A stretch of DNA of 64,000 bases, taken from an uncultured delta proteobacterium. Its GTDB lineage: Bacteria > Myxococcota_A > Polyangia > Polyangiales > Polyangiaceae. The stretch lies in contig CAWKKR010000008.1 in NCBI GenBank assembly GCA_963850305.1, positions 1,184,001-1,248,000 of the forward strand. The letters run 5' to 3'. The notes beneath the pieces were generated by a model. It did not search any database. It worked only from the letters and a program-made list of their open reading frames with translations, and was not told the DNA's origin. Positions 37,430 to 51,263 of the stretch are shown here, in pieces. Positions within the stretch are counted from its first letter, which is position 1. Each line of letters starts with the position of its first letter. The translations under genes were made by a program, and so were the position numbers.

Positions 37430-39718
37430 ATGTGGGATTCTCTGCCTACTTTCGGAACGGGCGTCCTTTACGCGATGCTGGTTTCAGCCGCGTACACCTT
37501 TGCCGTTGCGGTCGCCGCTGGGCAAGGCCGGCCCCGATTGCTCGAATCCGCGCGGCGCGGGGCATACGCCACGTGCGGGCTCGTTGCGCTCGGCGTGCTC
37601 GTCCTGGCATACGCGTTCGTGACGCACGATTTCCGGATCCGTTACGTCACCCACTACAGCGATCGCTCGATGCCGATGAGTTACCTCGTCGCGGCGCTGT
37701 GGGGTGGTCAGGACGGTTCCCTGCTCTGGTGGTCGTTCCTCTTGTCTGGCTACACGACGGCGTGCGTCGTGTGGCTAAAGGGGAAATACCGCCAGCTTCA
37801 GCCGTACATCATCGCCACACTCATGGTCATCATGGGGTTCTTCGCGATCCTCATGCTCTTCGCCGCGAACCCGTTCGAGACGAACCTGGCGGGGGCGAAG
37901 CTCGACGGCGAGGGCCTGAACCCACTGCTCCAGAACTACTGGATGGCGATTCACCCCCCGTGTCTTTACATGGGTTTCGTCGGTTGCTCGGTGCCCTTCG
38001 CCTTCGCGATAGCGGCGCTCGTGACGGGCCGGCTCGACAACGAGTGGATCATCGCCGTCCGCAAGTGGGTGCTCTTCGCCTGGCTCTTCCTCTCCATCGG
38101 CAACGCACTCGGCATGCGCTGGGCCTACGAGGAGCTCGGCTGGGGCGGTTACTGGGCGTGGGATCCGGTCGAAAACGCCGCGTGTCTCCCCTGGTTCGCG
38201 GCGAGCGCGTACGTCCATTCCACGATGATTCAAGAGCGAAGGAACATGCTCAAGATCTGGAACGTCGTGTTGATCGCAGTGACGTTCCTGTTGACGATCT
38301 TCGGCACGTTCTTGACCCGCGCAGGTCTCATCTCGAGCGTCCATGCATTCGCTCAGAGCGATATCGGCATCTTCTTCGTCTGGTTCATGGCGCTCACGTT
38401 CGCCGTGACGGCAGGGCTCATCGTGTGGCGGCTGCCGCAGCTCAAGAGCCGCGGGCAGATCGAGGCGGTACTGTCACGCGAGGCGGCGTTCGTCGTCAAT
38501 AACTGGCTTTTGATGGGCATCGCGACGTTCATCCTCATCGCAACGATCTTCCCGCGGATCAGTGAGTGGCTCTGGAACGAGACCGTCACGGTGGGCCCGC
38601 CGTTCTTCAACCGCTGGATGGCGCCGCTCGGACTCGGGCTTCTGTTCCTCATGGGCATGGGGCCGCTCTTCGGCTGGCGGAAAACGAGCGGGGTTTCGCT
38701 CCTGCGTGCGGCCGCTTTTCCCGCTGGTGTCATGTTTCTCGTGGGCCTTCTGCACCTCGCGTTCGGCACCCGGCTCGGCTTCCCGGCCATCGTCAAGGAA
38801 GACGCCTTCTACCCGGGAATCGTCGGCGTCGTCCTCCAGAAGCTGGGCTCGGCCGCACCGCTACTGACCATCTCGTTTGCCGCATTCAATTTCGCGGTCG
38901 TGGGTCAGGAGTATTTTCGCGGTATCGCCGCGAGGCGGACGAAGCATCCCGAAGAGGGCGTGTTTGCGGCACTCCGGAACGTCGTGGACAAGAGCCGGCG
39001 GCGCTACGGCGGATACATCGTGCACATCGGCGTCGGGTTGATGTTCGTGGGGTTCTGCGGGCGTGCCTGGGAGATCGAACACGAAGCGAGCATGCTGCCT
39101 GGTGACCGGCATCAGATCGGCGCCTACGAGATCACGTATCGCGGACCGCGCATGGAGGTCGATCAGACCAAGCGAATGATCTTCGCCGACGTGGACGTCG
39201 AGAAGGCGGGCAAGCCCATGGGACGGCTCAGCCCGGCACGCTTCATCTACCTGAAGCAAGGTCAGCCCACGACGGAAGTGAGCATGTTGACGGGCCTCCA
39301 CGATGATCTCTATCTCGTCGTGGGCACGATCGATCCGCAAACGAAGCGTGCAACGCTTCGTTTCCACGTCAATCCTCTGGTGACGTGGGTCTGGACGGGG
39401 GTGCTGGTGCTCATGTTCGGAGCGTCCATTTCCCTCTGGCCGGAGGTGCGCCTGAGTGAGGTCGGCGTGTGGGGTTACGTTCGCGCAACGGCTGGCGTTG
39501 CGACCAGCGTCATGTTCGCCATCCTGCTCGCGACGTCGTCCGCCCGCGCGGCCGGCCCCGTCGGCAAACGAACCATGAACGCCGCCGTCGCGCGCGCCGC
39601 GCCTGGACCGAGACCGCTCGGTGGAACGCCGTTCGCTGCGCTCGGCGCGGGGCTGCTTCTCGGGGGCATGACGCTTCGCCGGCGTGCCGCGCGGGGCCCC
39701 GAGTCCCGCGAGCCGTGA
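37430..39718 (+). CDS. ccmF: Cytochrome c-type biogenesis heme lyase CcmF/NrfE
   Basis: GLNPLLQ, HPP, the WWD motif WAYEELGWGGYWAWDPVEN, and SVHAF. Confidence 0.95.
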   Translation: MWDSLPTFGTGVLYAMLVSAAYTFAVAVAAGQGRPRLLESARRGAYATCGLVALGVLVLAYAFVTHDFRIRYVTHYSDRSMPMSYLVAALWGGQDGSLLWWSFLLSGYTTACVVWLKGKYRQLQPYIIATLMVIMGFFAILMLFAANPFETNLAGAKLDGEGLNPLLQNYWMAIHPPCLYMGFVGCSVPFAFAIAALVTGRLDNEWIIAVRKWVLFAWLFLSIGNALGMRWAYEELGWGGYWAWDPVENAACLPWFAASAYVHSTMIQERRNMLKIWNVVLIAVTFLLTIFGTFLTRAGLISSVHAFAQSDIGIFFVWFMALTFAVTAGLIVWRLPQLKSRGQIEAVLSREAAFVVNNWLLMGIATFILIATIFPRISEWLWNETVTVGPPFFNRWMAPLGLGLLFLMGMGPLFGWRKTSGVSLLRAAAFPAGVMFLVGLLHLAFGTRLGFPAIVKEDAFYPGIVGVVLQKLGSAAPLLTISFAAFNFAVVGQEYFRGIAARRTKHPEEGVFAALRNVVDKSRRRYGGYIVHIGVGLMFVGFCGRAWEIEHEASMLPGDRHQIGAYEITYRGPRMEVDQTKRMIFADVDVEKAGKPMGRLSPARFIYLKQGQPTTEVSMLTGLHDDLYLVVGTIDPQTKRATLRFHVNPLVTWVWTGVLVLMFGASISLWPEVRLSEVGVWGYVRATAGVATSVMFAILLATSSARAAGPVGKRTMNAAVARAAPGPRPLGGTPFAALGAGLLLGGMTLRRRAARGPESREP

Positions 39719-40368
39719 TGGATCCAGAGCGCGTCATCAGAGGCCTGTCCGTCGGAATCGCGCCGCTCACGGTTGGCGTAGCGTTGGTCACCGGCGCCAC
39801 CGTCGGCCTCGGACCGGCGCTCCTCGTGCTCGCGGGCGGGATGCTGCTCGGGGTCGTGCTGCTGCTGTGGTCGAGCCTGGGCCGGCTCACGGGCGAATCC
39901 CCGCTGACCCTGGAAGAAGCGATGGGTCTCGCAGCACCGAGCGCCGAGGAAGAACGAAAGCGTTCCATCCTGCGCGCGCTCAAGGACCTCGAGTACGAGC
40001 GCAGCGTCGGCAAGATCAGCAACGAGGACTTCGCGGAACTGTCGTCACGGTACCGGGGCGAGGCAAAGGTTCTCCTTCGCGCAATAGAAGAAGGCGGCGC
40101 GGCCCGGCGAGACCACGCCGAAGCGCGCCTCGCGGAGCGTCTCGGAAAGAACGACGCGCTCGCGGAGAAGAAGAAAGGCCGCAAGCGGGCCACGAAGGCA
40201 GCCGCCGAGGCGGAGGCTCAGGGCGCAAAGACCGCGGCGTCCCGGAGCGACGAGACCGCTCCGGAGGCGGGACGGGCTTGCAGCGGGTGCTCGACCATGA
40301 ACGATGCGGATGCGCAGTTCTGCAAACGTTGCGGAACCGCGCTGTCTGCGACGGAGACCTCGTCATGA
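39718..40368 (+). CDS. Membrane protein with a C-terminal zinc ribbon (ccm-cluster associated)
   Basis: Two TM segments, LRALKDLEYE..VGKISNEDF and CSGC...FCKRCG. Confidence 0.8.
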   Translation: MDPERVIRGLSVGIAPLTVGVALVTGATVGLGPALLVLAGGMLLGVVLLLWSSLGRLTGESPLTLEEAMGLAAPSAEEERKRSILRALKDLEYERSVGKISNEDFAELSSRYRGEAKVLLRAIEEGGAARRDHAEARLAERLGKNDALAEKKKGRKRATKAAAEAEAQGAKTAASRSDETAPEAGRACSGCSTMNDADAQFCKRCGTALSATETSS

Positions 40369-41667
40369 GTCCGATGGGCCTGCTGCGCGGCGCGTGTGTA
40401 TCGTTAGTGGCGAGCTGGGCGGCTGTGGCACTCGGTCAAGGCGCCGTCGACCCCAATGCACCGCTCCCGCCCGGCCACCCCTCGGTCGCGGCGTCCGACG
40501 ACGGCGCCGGGGATGGGGATGTGCCGGCGGGGCACCCGTCCGTCGCGCCGACGGCTCCACCGCAGGATCGCATCGCGCCCGCGGCCGATTTGCGGCCCGG
40601 CACGATCGAGATCCACCTGCACGACGCTCACGAAGCGCCGGTTCGAGACACCGCCGTCCAATCTTTCCATTCTCAAAGAGGATGTCGGCCAAGGCAACTC
40701 GCACACCGAGCGAAACGGAACGACGGACGACAACGGCGTCCTGGTGTTCGAGGGACTCCCGATCGGAACCGCATACACTTATCGCGCGAGCGTTGCACGC
40801 GGCGCCGGTACTTTCTCGTCCGACACGCTCAGGCTGAACGAAACGTCGGGGCAGCGAATGCTCCTCCACGTGTTCGACGTCACGACCGATCTTCGCGAAG
40901 CACTGGTCGGTCTTCGCGGCGTGGTCTTCATTCAACCGCGCGAGGACATTTTTCATCTGGAAGCGAGCTTCCAGGTCATCAACATCGGTACGAAGGCATG
41001 GGTCCCCGATCACGTGACCTATCCGCTCCCAGACGGAGCCAAGGCATTTCGCTCGAGCGACGCGACGGCAGACACCCGGATCGACAAGGCCGATGGGGGC
41101 GGCCTCGAGCTCCGCGGGACGTATTCTCCGGGACAGCGCGAGGTCGGGTATCAGTTCGAGGTCAGCAATGATCATCTGAGCTCGCACACGTTTCACATTC
41201 CCCTTCCACCGCATGTCGCGGAACTCCGCGTCGTCGCCGAGGGTGCTCGCAGCCTCGTCCTGACCGCCGCAGGGTTTCCCGGCGCCGAACCGATGATGGG
41301 GCAGGATGGCAGCCGGCTTCTCGTCACGGATCGGCATTTGACCCGCGGCGATCCCGCCCTCGACTTCGTCGACATCACGCTCGACAACTTGCCCATTCCC
41401 AGTGATGGACGCTGGTATGCGGTCGGCATTGCCTTGTGCTTCGCATTCGCGGGCTTGTTCGAGGCCACGCGGCCCGAAACGGGGAAGAAGCGCACGGGCG
41501 TCGACGCCGAGGAGAATCGGGAAGCGGAAGAGCTCGTGCTCGACGAACTGGTGCTGCTCGAAAAGCTGAAGCGGTCGGAATCGATCGGGCCTCGTGCCTA
41601 CCAGGACGCTCATGCCGAGCTCATCGCGGCCCTCGCCCGTCTCGAGGCACGACGCAACACCGCCTGA
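40365..41667 (+). CDS. Exported membrane-anchored protein (frameshift near 40659)
   Basis: Signal peptide with LPPGHP/PAGHP repeats in one frame; beta-rich body and TM in the next frame. Confidence 0.65.
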
Positions 41668-41669
41668 AA

Positions 41670-41910
41670 AGGCTGTTTTCCACAGTTGGGGATAACCTCG
41701 GGAGAAGTCTGCCGAAAACTCGTCGGTTCCCTGCCGAGGACAACGCCGACATCCGTCCTTCCCCAGGTTGATGCCTTGCGTCACGAACGCAAAGCCCACA
41801 GGGGAGAAGTAGATTTATCCTGTTATTTCGAATTGTTTCGTGTTTTCCCCCAGAATCCACAAGCCCTATCACTAAGACCCTTGGATCTTAAATAAAGAGA
41901 GAAGAGAGTC
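41670..41910. other. oriC-like region with DnaA boxes
   Basis: TTTTCCACA at 41676-41684, inverted TTATCCCCA at 41687-41695, and tandem degenerate boxes at 41844-41861, followed by GCCC-TATCACTAAGAC and an AT-rich tract. Directly upstream of dnaN. Confidence 0.65.
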
Positions 41911-41998
41911 GGATCCGGGCGTTTCGGAAAGAGCGGCCGCGGCAAACCGAGTCCACGCTGGAAGCCGTGGCGTCCCGAGACTAAAGCCTGTCTTCGCC

Positions 41999-43135
41999 AT
42001 GCAAGTCGCGATCGCGAAGAAAGACCTCGTTCGAATCGTCGCGCGGTGCCAAGGCGTCGCCGACAAGAAGAGCACGATGCCGGTGCTCGGGAACGTGCTG
42101 ATCGAGGTCGACGGCACGGACTCGATTCGTCTCGCGGCGACGGATCTGAATCTGGCCGTCAGTGGTCGCATTCCGGCGGAAGTTCAGAAGGGCGGATCGA
42201 TAGCCATCGGTGCGCGCGATCTCTTCGAACGAATCAAGATGATGCCTGAAGGGCAGCTCACGATTGCGACCAGCGATGGATCGACCGCCACCCTCCGCGC
42301 CTCGAGCTCCGCGCGCCGCTACACGCTTCACGGAATTCCTGGCGACGAGTTTCCTGCGATCCCTCAGCCCGACCCCGGGGCGACGATCCTCTCGCTCGGG
42401 GTGGACGTTCTGTCGACGTTGATCGCGTGCACCCATTTCTCGATTTCGACCGACGACACGCGACTCCACTTGAACAGTGCGCTCTTCGAGTGGGAAGGCG
42501 ACCGCGTGAGGATGGTGACGACAGACGGTCATCGTCTGTCGAAGATGGAGCTCACCGTGAAGGGCAAGCAGGCCTCCGCGGGGATGCTGATCCCACTGAA
42601 GGGCATTCAAGAGCTGCGGCGTCTCGCGGACGAAGCGAAAAGCGAAGGCGAGGGCGAGGGCGGGTATGCCTCGATGGAGCTCATCCAGAGCGGGCCGAAT
42701 GCGTTCTTCCGACTTCCTGGTCTCCAGTTCAGCGTGAAGCTCGTGGACGCGCAGTTCCCGCCCTACCAGCAAGTCATTCCCCGAACCGCGGAGCGGGTCG
42801 TCATCGTACCGCGTGGCGCGCTGACCGACGCATTGCGGGCCGTTTCGATCGCCGCCAGTGATCGCACGGGTGGCGTCAAGCTCACGCTATCGCGCGGCGC
42901 GATGCGCTTTTCGAGCGAGAGCCCGGACAGTGGCGAGGGCTTCGACGAGATCGCCGTCGACTACGACGGGTCCGACGTGACCATCGGCTTCAACGCACGC
43001 TACTTCCTGGACGTGCTCGGAGCGCTCGACGACGACCGGGTGCAAATCGGTATCGGCGGAGAACTCGATCCCGTCGTGATCCGCCCGGCTGGATCCGGGG
43101 ACTACCTGGCCGTCATCATGCCGATGCGCATTTGA
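41999..43135 (+). CDS. dnaN: DNA polymerase III subunit beta (sliding clamp)
   Basis: MPVLGNVLI, ATDL, TDGHRL, FPPYQQVIP, GFNARY and IMPMRI. Confidence 0.97.
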   Translation: MQVAIAKKDLVRIVARCQGVADKKSTMPVLGNVLIEVDGTDSIRLAATDLNLAVSGRIPAEVQKGGSIAIGARDLFERIKMMPEGQLTIATSDGSTATLRASSSARRYTLHGIPGDEFPAIPQPDPGATILSLGVDVLSTLIACTHFSISTDDTRLHLNSALFEWEGDRVRMVTTDGHRLSKMELTVKGKQASAGMLIPLKGIQELRRLADEAKSEGEGEGGYASMELIQSGPNAFFRLPGLQFSVKLVDAQFPPYQQVIPRTAERVVIVPRGALTDALRAVSIAASDRTGGVKLTLSRGAMRFSSESPDSGEGFDEIAVDYDGSDVTIGFNARYFLDVLGALDDDRVQIGIGGELDPVVIRPAGSGDYLAVIMPMRI

Positions 43136-43193
43136 CCCGTCACGAGTTCGCCCTCGTGGAGACCCGAACGCGCGTTTCGCGAAGCCGAACCTC

Positions 43194-44298
43194 GTGACGA
43201 CGCGCGTCTCGTTCGACTCGCTCTCGATCCGCGACGTGAGGAACATTGCGAGCATCGATTTCGCACCTTCGCCGCGTCTCAACGTGGTGAGCGGCGACAA
43301 CGGTCAGGGCAAGACGAGCCTTCTCGAATCGATCTACTTCGTCGCCACGAGCCGCAGCTTCCGCACGGATCGACCCCGGGAGATGCTTCGGTTCGGGGCA
43401 CCAGCTGCCGTCGTGCGAGCGGGCATTTCGGAAGACGGCATTCGACGCGAACAGCGCGCGACGTTGACGATCCCCACGCGAGCCGTCTTCATCGACGGCA
43501 AGAAGCCCGACACTTTCGCCGCATACGCCACGCGAACGCCCGTCGTGGTCTTTCACCCCGGCGATCTCACGATTCTCACCGGCGGTGCCGCGGAGAGACG
43601 CACGTTGCTCGATCGGATCGCGCTCTTTGTGGATCCGTCGAGTGCCGACCATCGGCTCCGCTATGCGCGCGCCGCACGGTCTCGGCAGGCGGTGCTCGTG
43701 GAACGCGGACCGGCGGCCACCGATCTCGGCGCCTCTGGAGCGACTGATGGCCGTCCACGGTAGCGAGCTGGGCCGCGCTCGGTCGAATGCTGCCGAGTCG
43801 ACTCAAGCGTGCCCTCGGACCCGCCTTCGAGGAAATGGCCGCCCCCGGCCAGCGGCTCACGGCCCACTTCGTTCCTGGTGGCTCGCTCGACCCGGCCGAT
43901 CTCGTCGCGGAACTGTCCCGAACACGGGAGCGCGATCTCCGGCGAAACAGTGCGAGCTACGGGCCCCATCGCGACGATCTCGAGGTCTGCCTCGACGACC
44001 GGAGCGTGCGCAAGCATGCCTCGCAGGGTCAGCAGCGGATTCTCACCCTCGCCCTCAAGCTCGCCGAGCTCGAGTGCCTCCGCGAGGCTCGGGGAGCCGA
44101 ACCGGTTTTGCTTCTCGACGACGTCTCGAGCGAGCTCGATCCCGACACGGACTGGCGCCGTTTATGATTTCTTGCGCCGCACGGCGAGCCAGATCGTTCG
44201 TCACGACCACGCGCCCGGAGTTATTCGTGACCCAGGGTCTGCAGGCGGGCGAGCGGGCCGATTTCAGGCTCGTCGATGGCGTCCTCCACGAGCTCTAG
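43194..44298 (+). CDS. recF: DNA replication/repair protein RecF (several frameshifts)
   Basis: GDNGQGKTSLLE, SFRT, GPHRDDL, ASQGQQR and LLLDDVSSELD, spread across three ORF fragments. Confidence 0.9.
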
Positions 44299-44491
44299 AA
44301 TCGAGGACGTTTGGCGCGTGCCCGGAAGGTGTTCGAACTCTTGCCGGAGCGAACGCGGAGAGGTATACAAATCAGCCGAGCGTGTCGTTGTCGAGAATCG
44401 ATTCGTTGATGAACCCCATCGTGCAGGCACCCGGGTTCACAGCGCCTCGCTCGTTGACGAAATTGGCATCCCGCGAGGTCTGATCGTGACG

Positions 44492-46975
<2,484 letters not shown>

Positions 46976-47353
46976 CGGTCAAGCCCACTGCGTTCGATGC
47001 GTCGTGCCGTTCACGACGCGCGGGCACCGCATTGTTCGCCCCCGCGTCAGTGGCGGGAGGCGAGTTCGCGGCCGGTGCGGCGTTCCATTCGAAGGACCGA
47101 CACGACGACCTCTCCCAGGCGCTCGGGTTGCTCGAACGGTCGGGCCTCGGCGGCGAGAACCAGGTCTGCCTCTGTGAAGGTGAAGTGGGGCGGCGCCGGG
47201 TCCAGGTCGTCGGGGACCGGCGGCGCTTGATCTCGACCCGAACGGACTTAGCTTCCGCGGAGACGTTGCTCGACGCGCGGGGCGCGCGGGCAGTGATTGC
47301 TTCAAGGAACCGGTGCGGACGGCGCCCGGCGCGCCGAGGCGGGACTATTCACC

Positions 47354-49978
47354 ATGCAAATGGATCGACTGACGACCAAGAGCCAGGAAGCGGTGCGAGC
47401 GGCCATCGACGGAGCGTCCCGGGCCGGGAACCCCGAGCTGGTCCCCGAACACATGCTCGTCGCGGTGCTCGACCAGAAGGACGGTATTGCGATGCCCCTC
47501 GTGGAGCGCGCCGGGGCGGACCCGCTGGCGCTGCGCCGGGAGCTCGCGGAGCAGGTGGCGGCGCTCCCGAAGGTCACGGGCGGCGCGGAGCCGCGGCTCG
47601 GCCGTCGCGCCACGACCCTCTTCCAGAAAGCGGAGGACGAGGCCAAGGAGCTCAAGGACGACTTCGTCTCGGTCGAGCACTTCGTCCTCGCGGCGGCGAA
47701 GTCGGACAAAGACGTGCAGGCCGTCTTCGACCGGCACGGGCTGTCGTACGCGAAGTTGCTCGCGGCGATGACGCAGATTCGCGGCGCGCATCGTGTCGCG
47801 GACCAGGACCCCGAGGGTAAGTTCCAGGCTCTCGAGAAGTACACGCGAGACCTCACGGAGCTCGCCCGGCGAGGCAAGGTCGACCCCGTGATCGGTCGCG
47901 ATGAGGAGATCCGGCGCGTCATGCAGGTGCTCTCGCGGCGCACCAAGAACAACCCCGTGCTCATCGGGGAGCCCGGCGTCGGCAAGACCGCGATCGCCGA
48001 AGGCATCGCGCAGCGCATCGTTCAGGGGGACGTTCCGGAAAGTCTGAAAGACAAGCGACTCGTCGCGCTCGATCTGTCGGCCATGGTGGCTGGATCGAAG
48101 TATCGAGGAGAATTCGAGGACCGTCTCAAGGCGGTGTTGAAGGAAATCGAAGCCGCCGCGGGCGGCATCATCCTTTTCATCGATGAGCTGCATACGCTCG
48201 TCGGAGCCGGGGCCGCCGAAGGCGCGATGGACGCGGCCAACATGCTGAAGCCCGCGCTCGCTCGAGGGGAGCTCCGCGCGATCGGCGCGACGACCCTCGA
48301 CGAGTACCGGAAGCACATCGAGAAAGACGCGGCGCTCGAGCGCCGCTTCCAGCCCGTGATCGTGAACCAGCCGAGCGTCGAGGATACGATCGCGATCCTC
48401 CGCGGCCTGAAGGAACGGTACGAGGTGCACCACGGCATCCGGATCCGCGACACGGCGCTCGTGGCGGCCGCGGTGCTCTCGAACCGTTACATCACCGAGC
48501 GTTTCTTGCCCGACAAGGCGATCGACCTCGTCGACGAGGCGGCCAGCAAGATCAAGATGGAGATCGACAGCTTGCCGCTCGCGCTCGACCAGTTCGAGCG
48601 AACTATCCTGAAGCTCCGGATCGAGGAGCAAGCGCTCAAGCGGGAGCACGACGCTGCGTCCAAGGCGCGCTTGCGCGAGCTCCAGCGCGAGCTCGGCGAG
48701 ATCTCGTCGGAACGCGATACCGCTCGGGCGCACTGGCTCCGCGAGAAGGAGATCATCACGAGGGTCCGGGAAAAGCAGAAGATGCTCGAGGAGCTTCGCG
48801 CCGAGGAAGAGCGCGCGAGCCGCACCGGCGATCTCGGCAAAGCTGCGGAGTACCACTACGGCAAGATCCCCGCGCTCGAGCAGGACATCGAGAAGCAGCG
48901 AGCGGAGCTCGCGGTCGTGCAAAAGGGCGGCTCCTATCTCAAGGAAGAGGTCACCGACGAAGACATCGCGGTCGTGGTGTCGAAGTGGACCGGGGTTCCC
49001 GTGGCGAAGATGCTCGAAGGCGAGATGCACAAGCTCCTCTCGATGGAGGACAATATGCGGAAGCGCGTCGTCGGCCAGGACGCGGCGCTGCTCGCCGTCG
49101 CGAACGCCGTGCGCCGCTCGCGGGCGGGCCTCGGTGACGAGCGGCGTCCGATCGGGTCCTTTCTGTTCCTCGGACCGACGGGTGTCGGCAAGACCGAGAC
49201 GGCGCGGGCGCTCGCCGAGTTTCTCTTCGACGACGAGAAGGCGATGATCCGGATCGACATGAGCGAGTACATGGAGAAGCACGCCGTGTCCCGGCTCATC
49301 GGCGCGCCGCCGGGCTACGTCGGCTACGAAGAAGGCGGTCAGTTGACGGAGCCCGTCCGGCGACGCCCGTACAGCGTCATCCTGTTCGACGAGATCGAGA
49401 AGGCGCACCCCGACGTGTTCAACACGTTGCTGCAGGTTCTCGATGACGGCCGCCTCACGGACGGACAGGGCCGAACGGTGGATTTCAAGAACACGGTCGT
49501 CATCTTGACGAGCAACATCGGCACGGCCGAGCTCGGCGCGCTCGAAGATCGCCTTCCGGCGGACGATCCGAAGAAGAGCGACAAGCTTCGCGAGGCTGCC
49601 ATGGGTGCGCTCCGTGCGACGTTCCGCCCGGAGTTCCTGAATCGTCTGGATGAGATCGTGATCTACCGGAGGCTCGGCAAGGAACAGATCCGGACCATCG
49701 TCGACATCCAGCTCTCGCACCTCGCCTCGCGCCTTGCCCGTCGCGATCTGAAGCTCGACGTGTCGCCCGCCGCGGAGACCTACCTGGGCGAAGTCGGCTG
49801 GGATCCCCAATACGGCGCGCGTCCCTTGAAGCGCGCGATCCAGCACCACGTCGAGGACGTCCTCGCCCGCCGGGTGCTCGAGGGCTCGTTCGTGCCCGGG
49901 GACACCGTCCGCGTGGACCGTGGAGCCGACGGGCTAACGTTCGCGACGCGGGCTGAGGGGGTCAACGCCGCCGAGTGA
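47354..49978 (+). CDS. clpB: ATP-dependent chaperone ClpB
   Basis: Two AAA+ modules ([16 protein letters not shown]), a long middle coiled coil and [13 protein letters not shown]. Confidence 0.97.
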   Translation: MQMDRLTTKSQEAVRAAIDGASRAGNPELVPEHMLVAVLDQKDGIAMPLVERAGADPLALRRELAEQVAALPKVTGGAEPRLGRRATTLFQKAEDEAKELKDDFVSVEHFVLAAAKSDKDVQAVFDRHGLSYAKLLAAMTQIRGAHRVADQDPEGKFQALEKYTRDLTELARRGKVDPVIGRDEEIRRVMQVLSRRTKNNPVLIGEPGVGKTAIAEGIAQRIVQGDVPESLKDKRLVALDLSAMVAGSKYRGEFEDRLKAVLKEIEAAAGGIILFIDELHTLVGAGAAEGAMDAANMLKPALARGELRAIGATTLDEYRKHIEKDAALERRFQPVIVNQPSVEDTIAILRGLKERYEVHHGIRIRDTALVAAAVLSNRYITERFLPDKAIDLVDEAASKIKMEIDSLPLALDQFERTILKLRIEEQALKREHDAASKARLRELQRELGEISSERDTARAHWLREKEIITRVREKQKMLEELRAEEERASRTGDLGKAAEYHYGKIPALEQDIEKQRAELAVVQKGGSYLKEEVTDEDIAVVVSKWTGVPVAKMLEGEMHKLLSMEDNMRKRVVGQDAALLAVANAVRRSRAGLGDERRPIGSFLFLGPTGVGKTETARALAEFLFDDEKAMIRIDMSEYMEKHAVSRLIGAPPGYVGYEEGGQLTEPVRRRPYSVILFDEIEKAHPDVFNTLLQVLDDGRLTDGQGRTVDFKNTVVILTSNIGTAELGALEDRLPADDPKKSDKLREAAMGALRATFRPEFLNRLDEIVIYRRLGKEQIRTIVDIQLSHLASRLARRDLKLDVSPAAETYLGEVGWDPQYGARPLKRAIQHHVEDVLARRVLEGSFVPGDTVRVDRGADGLTFATRAEGVNAAE

Positions 49979-49984
49979 CGCCTC

Positions 49985-51232
49985 TCACTGATCCCCGCCG
50001 TGCCCGTGCAGTACGACGCGGCGGGCCAGCGACAGCCCCGCGTAGGCGGCCATCGAACGAATCTGCTGACGGCTCCCCGGAAATACGATGTGACGGTCGG
50101 TCGTACCGTCGGCGGTCGCCACCGCGAAGTGGACGAGGCCGACGGGTTTCGTCTCGGTGCCACCACCGGGCCCGGCGATCCCGGTGACGCCGAGCGCGAC
50201 GTCTGCGGCGAGCGCGCGACGTCCGCCTTCGGCCATGGCGCGCGCCACCTCGGCGCTCACGGCGCCCCTGTTCGCGATGATCGCCGGGTTCACGCCGAGC
50301 ACGCCGACCTTGACGGAATTGTCGTACGCGACGATCGCCCCACGGAAGAAGTCACTCGCCCCCGCGTGGTCGGTCAGGAGATTCGCGACGAGGCCGCCGG
50401 TGCAAGACTCGGCGGTCGCGAAGGAGAGCCGGCGCTCCCGGAAGAGCGCGCCGACCGCCTGGGCGAAGTCCGCCTCCCCCTCCCCGTAGACGGCGTCGCC
50501 GAGGCGATTCGTCACCTCGTTGGAAGCGGCGCGAGCAATGCGCGCCGCTTCCGCCAAGCTTTGCGCCCGTGCCAGCACCTTGACTTCGATCTCCGGAAAG
50601 TGCGCGCGGTACCCGATGATGACGCCATGAGCGTCCTCGACCCCGTGGAGACGATCGTTGACGGCGGACTCCGGCATGCCGAACGTGCGGATTCGCACCT
50701 GGTGAATCCCCTCGGATACCAGCGTTCGCGCGTGCGGCGCGACGTGCTCCGTGAACATCGGTTTCATCTCGCGCGGGACGCCGGGCATGAAAAAGGCGCG
50801 CGCGCGGCCCAGGGTGACGGCAAATCCAGGGGCCGTCCCGTTCGGGTTCGGGAGCACGGAGGCGCCGCGGGGAAAGTCGGCTTGCTTTGCATTCGACGCG
50901 CCCACGGGGCGTCCGAAGCGCTCGTGACGCGCGGTGATCGCGGCGAGGGAAGCCGCGTCGCGCTCGAGGGGCACGCCGAGCGCCGCCGCGACACACTCGC
51001 TCGTGATGTCGTCCGTGGTCGGTCCGAGGCCGCCCGTGCATGCGATGAGCTGGTGGGTGTCGCCCAGCCTGCGAAGAACGTCCACGATCGCCTTCCTGTC
51101 GTCGGCCACGACGGCACACTCCGCCACGTCGAGCCCGATTCGTGTGAGCTCGTCGGCGAGCCACGTCGCGTTCGTGTTCGTGATTTCCCCGCGGGTGAGC
51201 TCCGTGCCGATGGACAGAATCGCGGTCGTCAT
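49985..51232 (-). CDS. cinA: Competence/damage-inducible protein CinA (MoCF domain plus PncC domain)
   Basis: SIGTEL, GGLGPTTDDIT, PGVPREM, AESCTGG and TGIAGPGGG. Confidence 0.93.
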   Translation of the reverse strand: MTTAILSIGTELTRGEITNTNATWLADELTRIGLDVAECAVVADDRKAIVDVLRRLGDTHQLIACTGGLGPTTDDITSECVAAALGVPLERDAASLAAITARHERFGRPVGASNAKQADFPRGASVLPNPNGTAPGFAVTLGRARAFFMPGVPREMKPMFTEHVAPHARTLVSEGIHQVRIRTFGMPESAVNDRLHGVEDAHGVIIGYRAHFPEIEVKVLARAQSLAEAARIARAASNEVTNRLGDAVYGEGEADFAQAVGALFRERRLSFATAESCTGGLVANLLTDHAGASDFFRGAIVAYDNSVKVGVLGVNPAIIANRGAVSAEVARAMAEGGRRALAADVALGVTGIAGPGGGTETKPVGLVHFAVATADGTTDRHIVFPGSRQQIRSMAAYAGLSLARRVVLHGHGGDQ

Positions 51233-51263
51233 CGTCGTGGCCGCCAGCGTAGTACCGTCGCCG

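Noticed and set aside
46976..47353. Small gene or heat-shock operator (CIRCE) upstream of clpB
   Set aside because: No TTAGCACTC-N9-GAGTGCTAA was found, and no ORF there has convincing motifs.
47345..49849. 834-aa antisense ORF, and similar long ORFs opposite pccB, dnaN, ligA and the ISKra4 transposase
   Set aside because: These are shadow ORFs produced by GC3 bias on the real coding strand, with no recognisable motifs.
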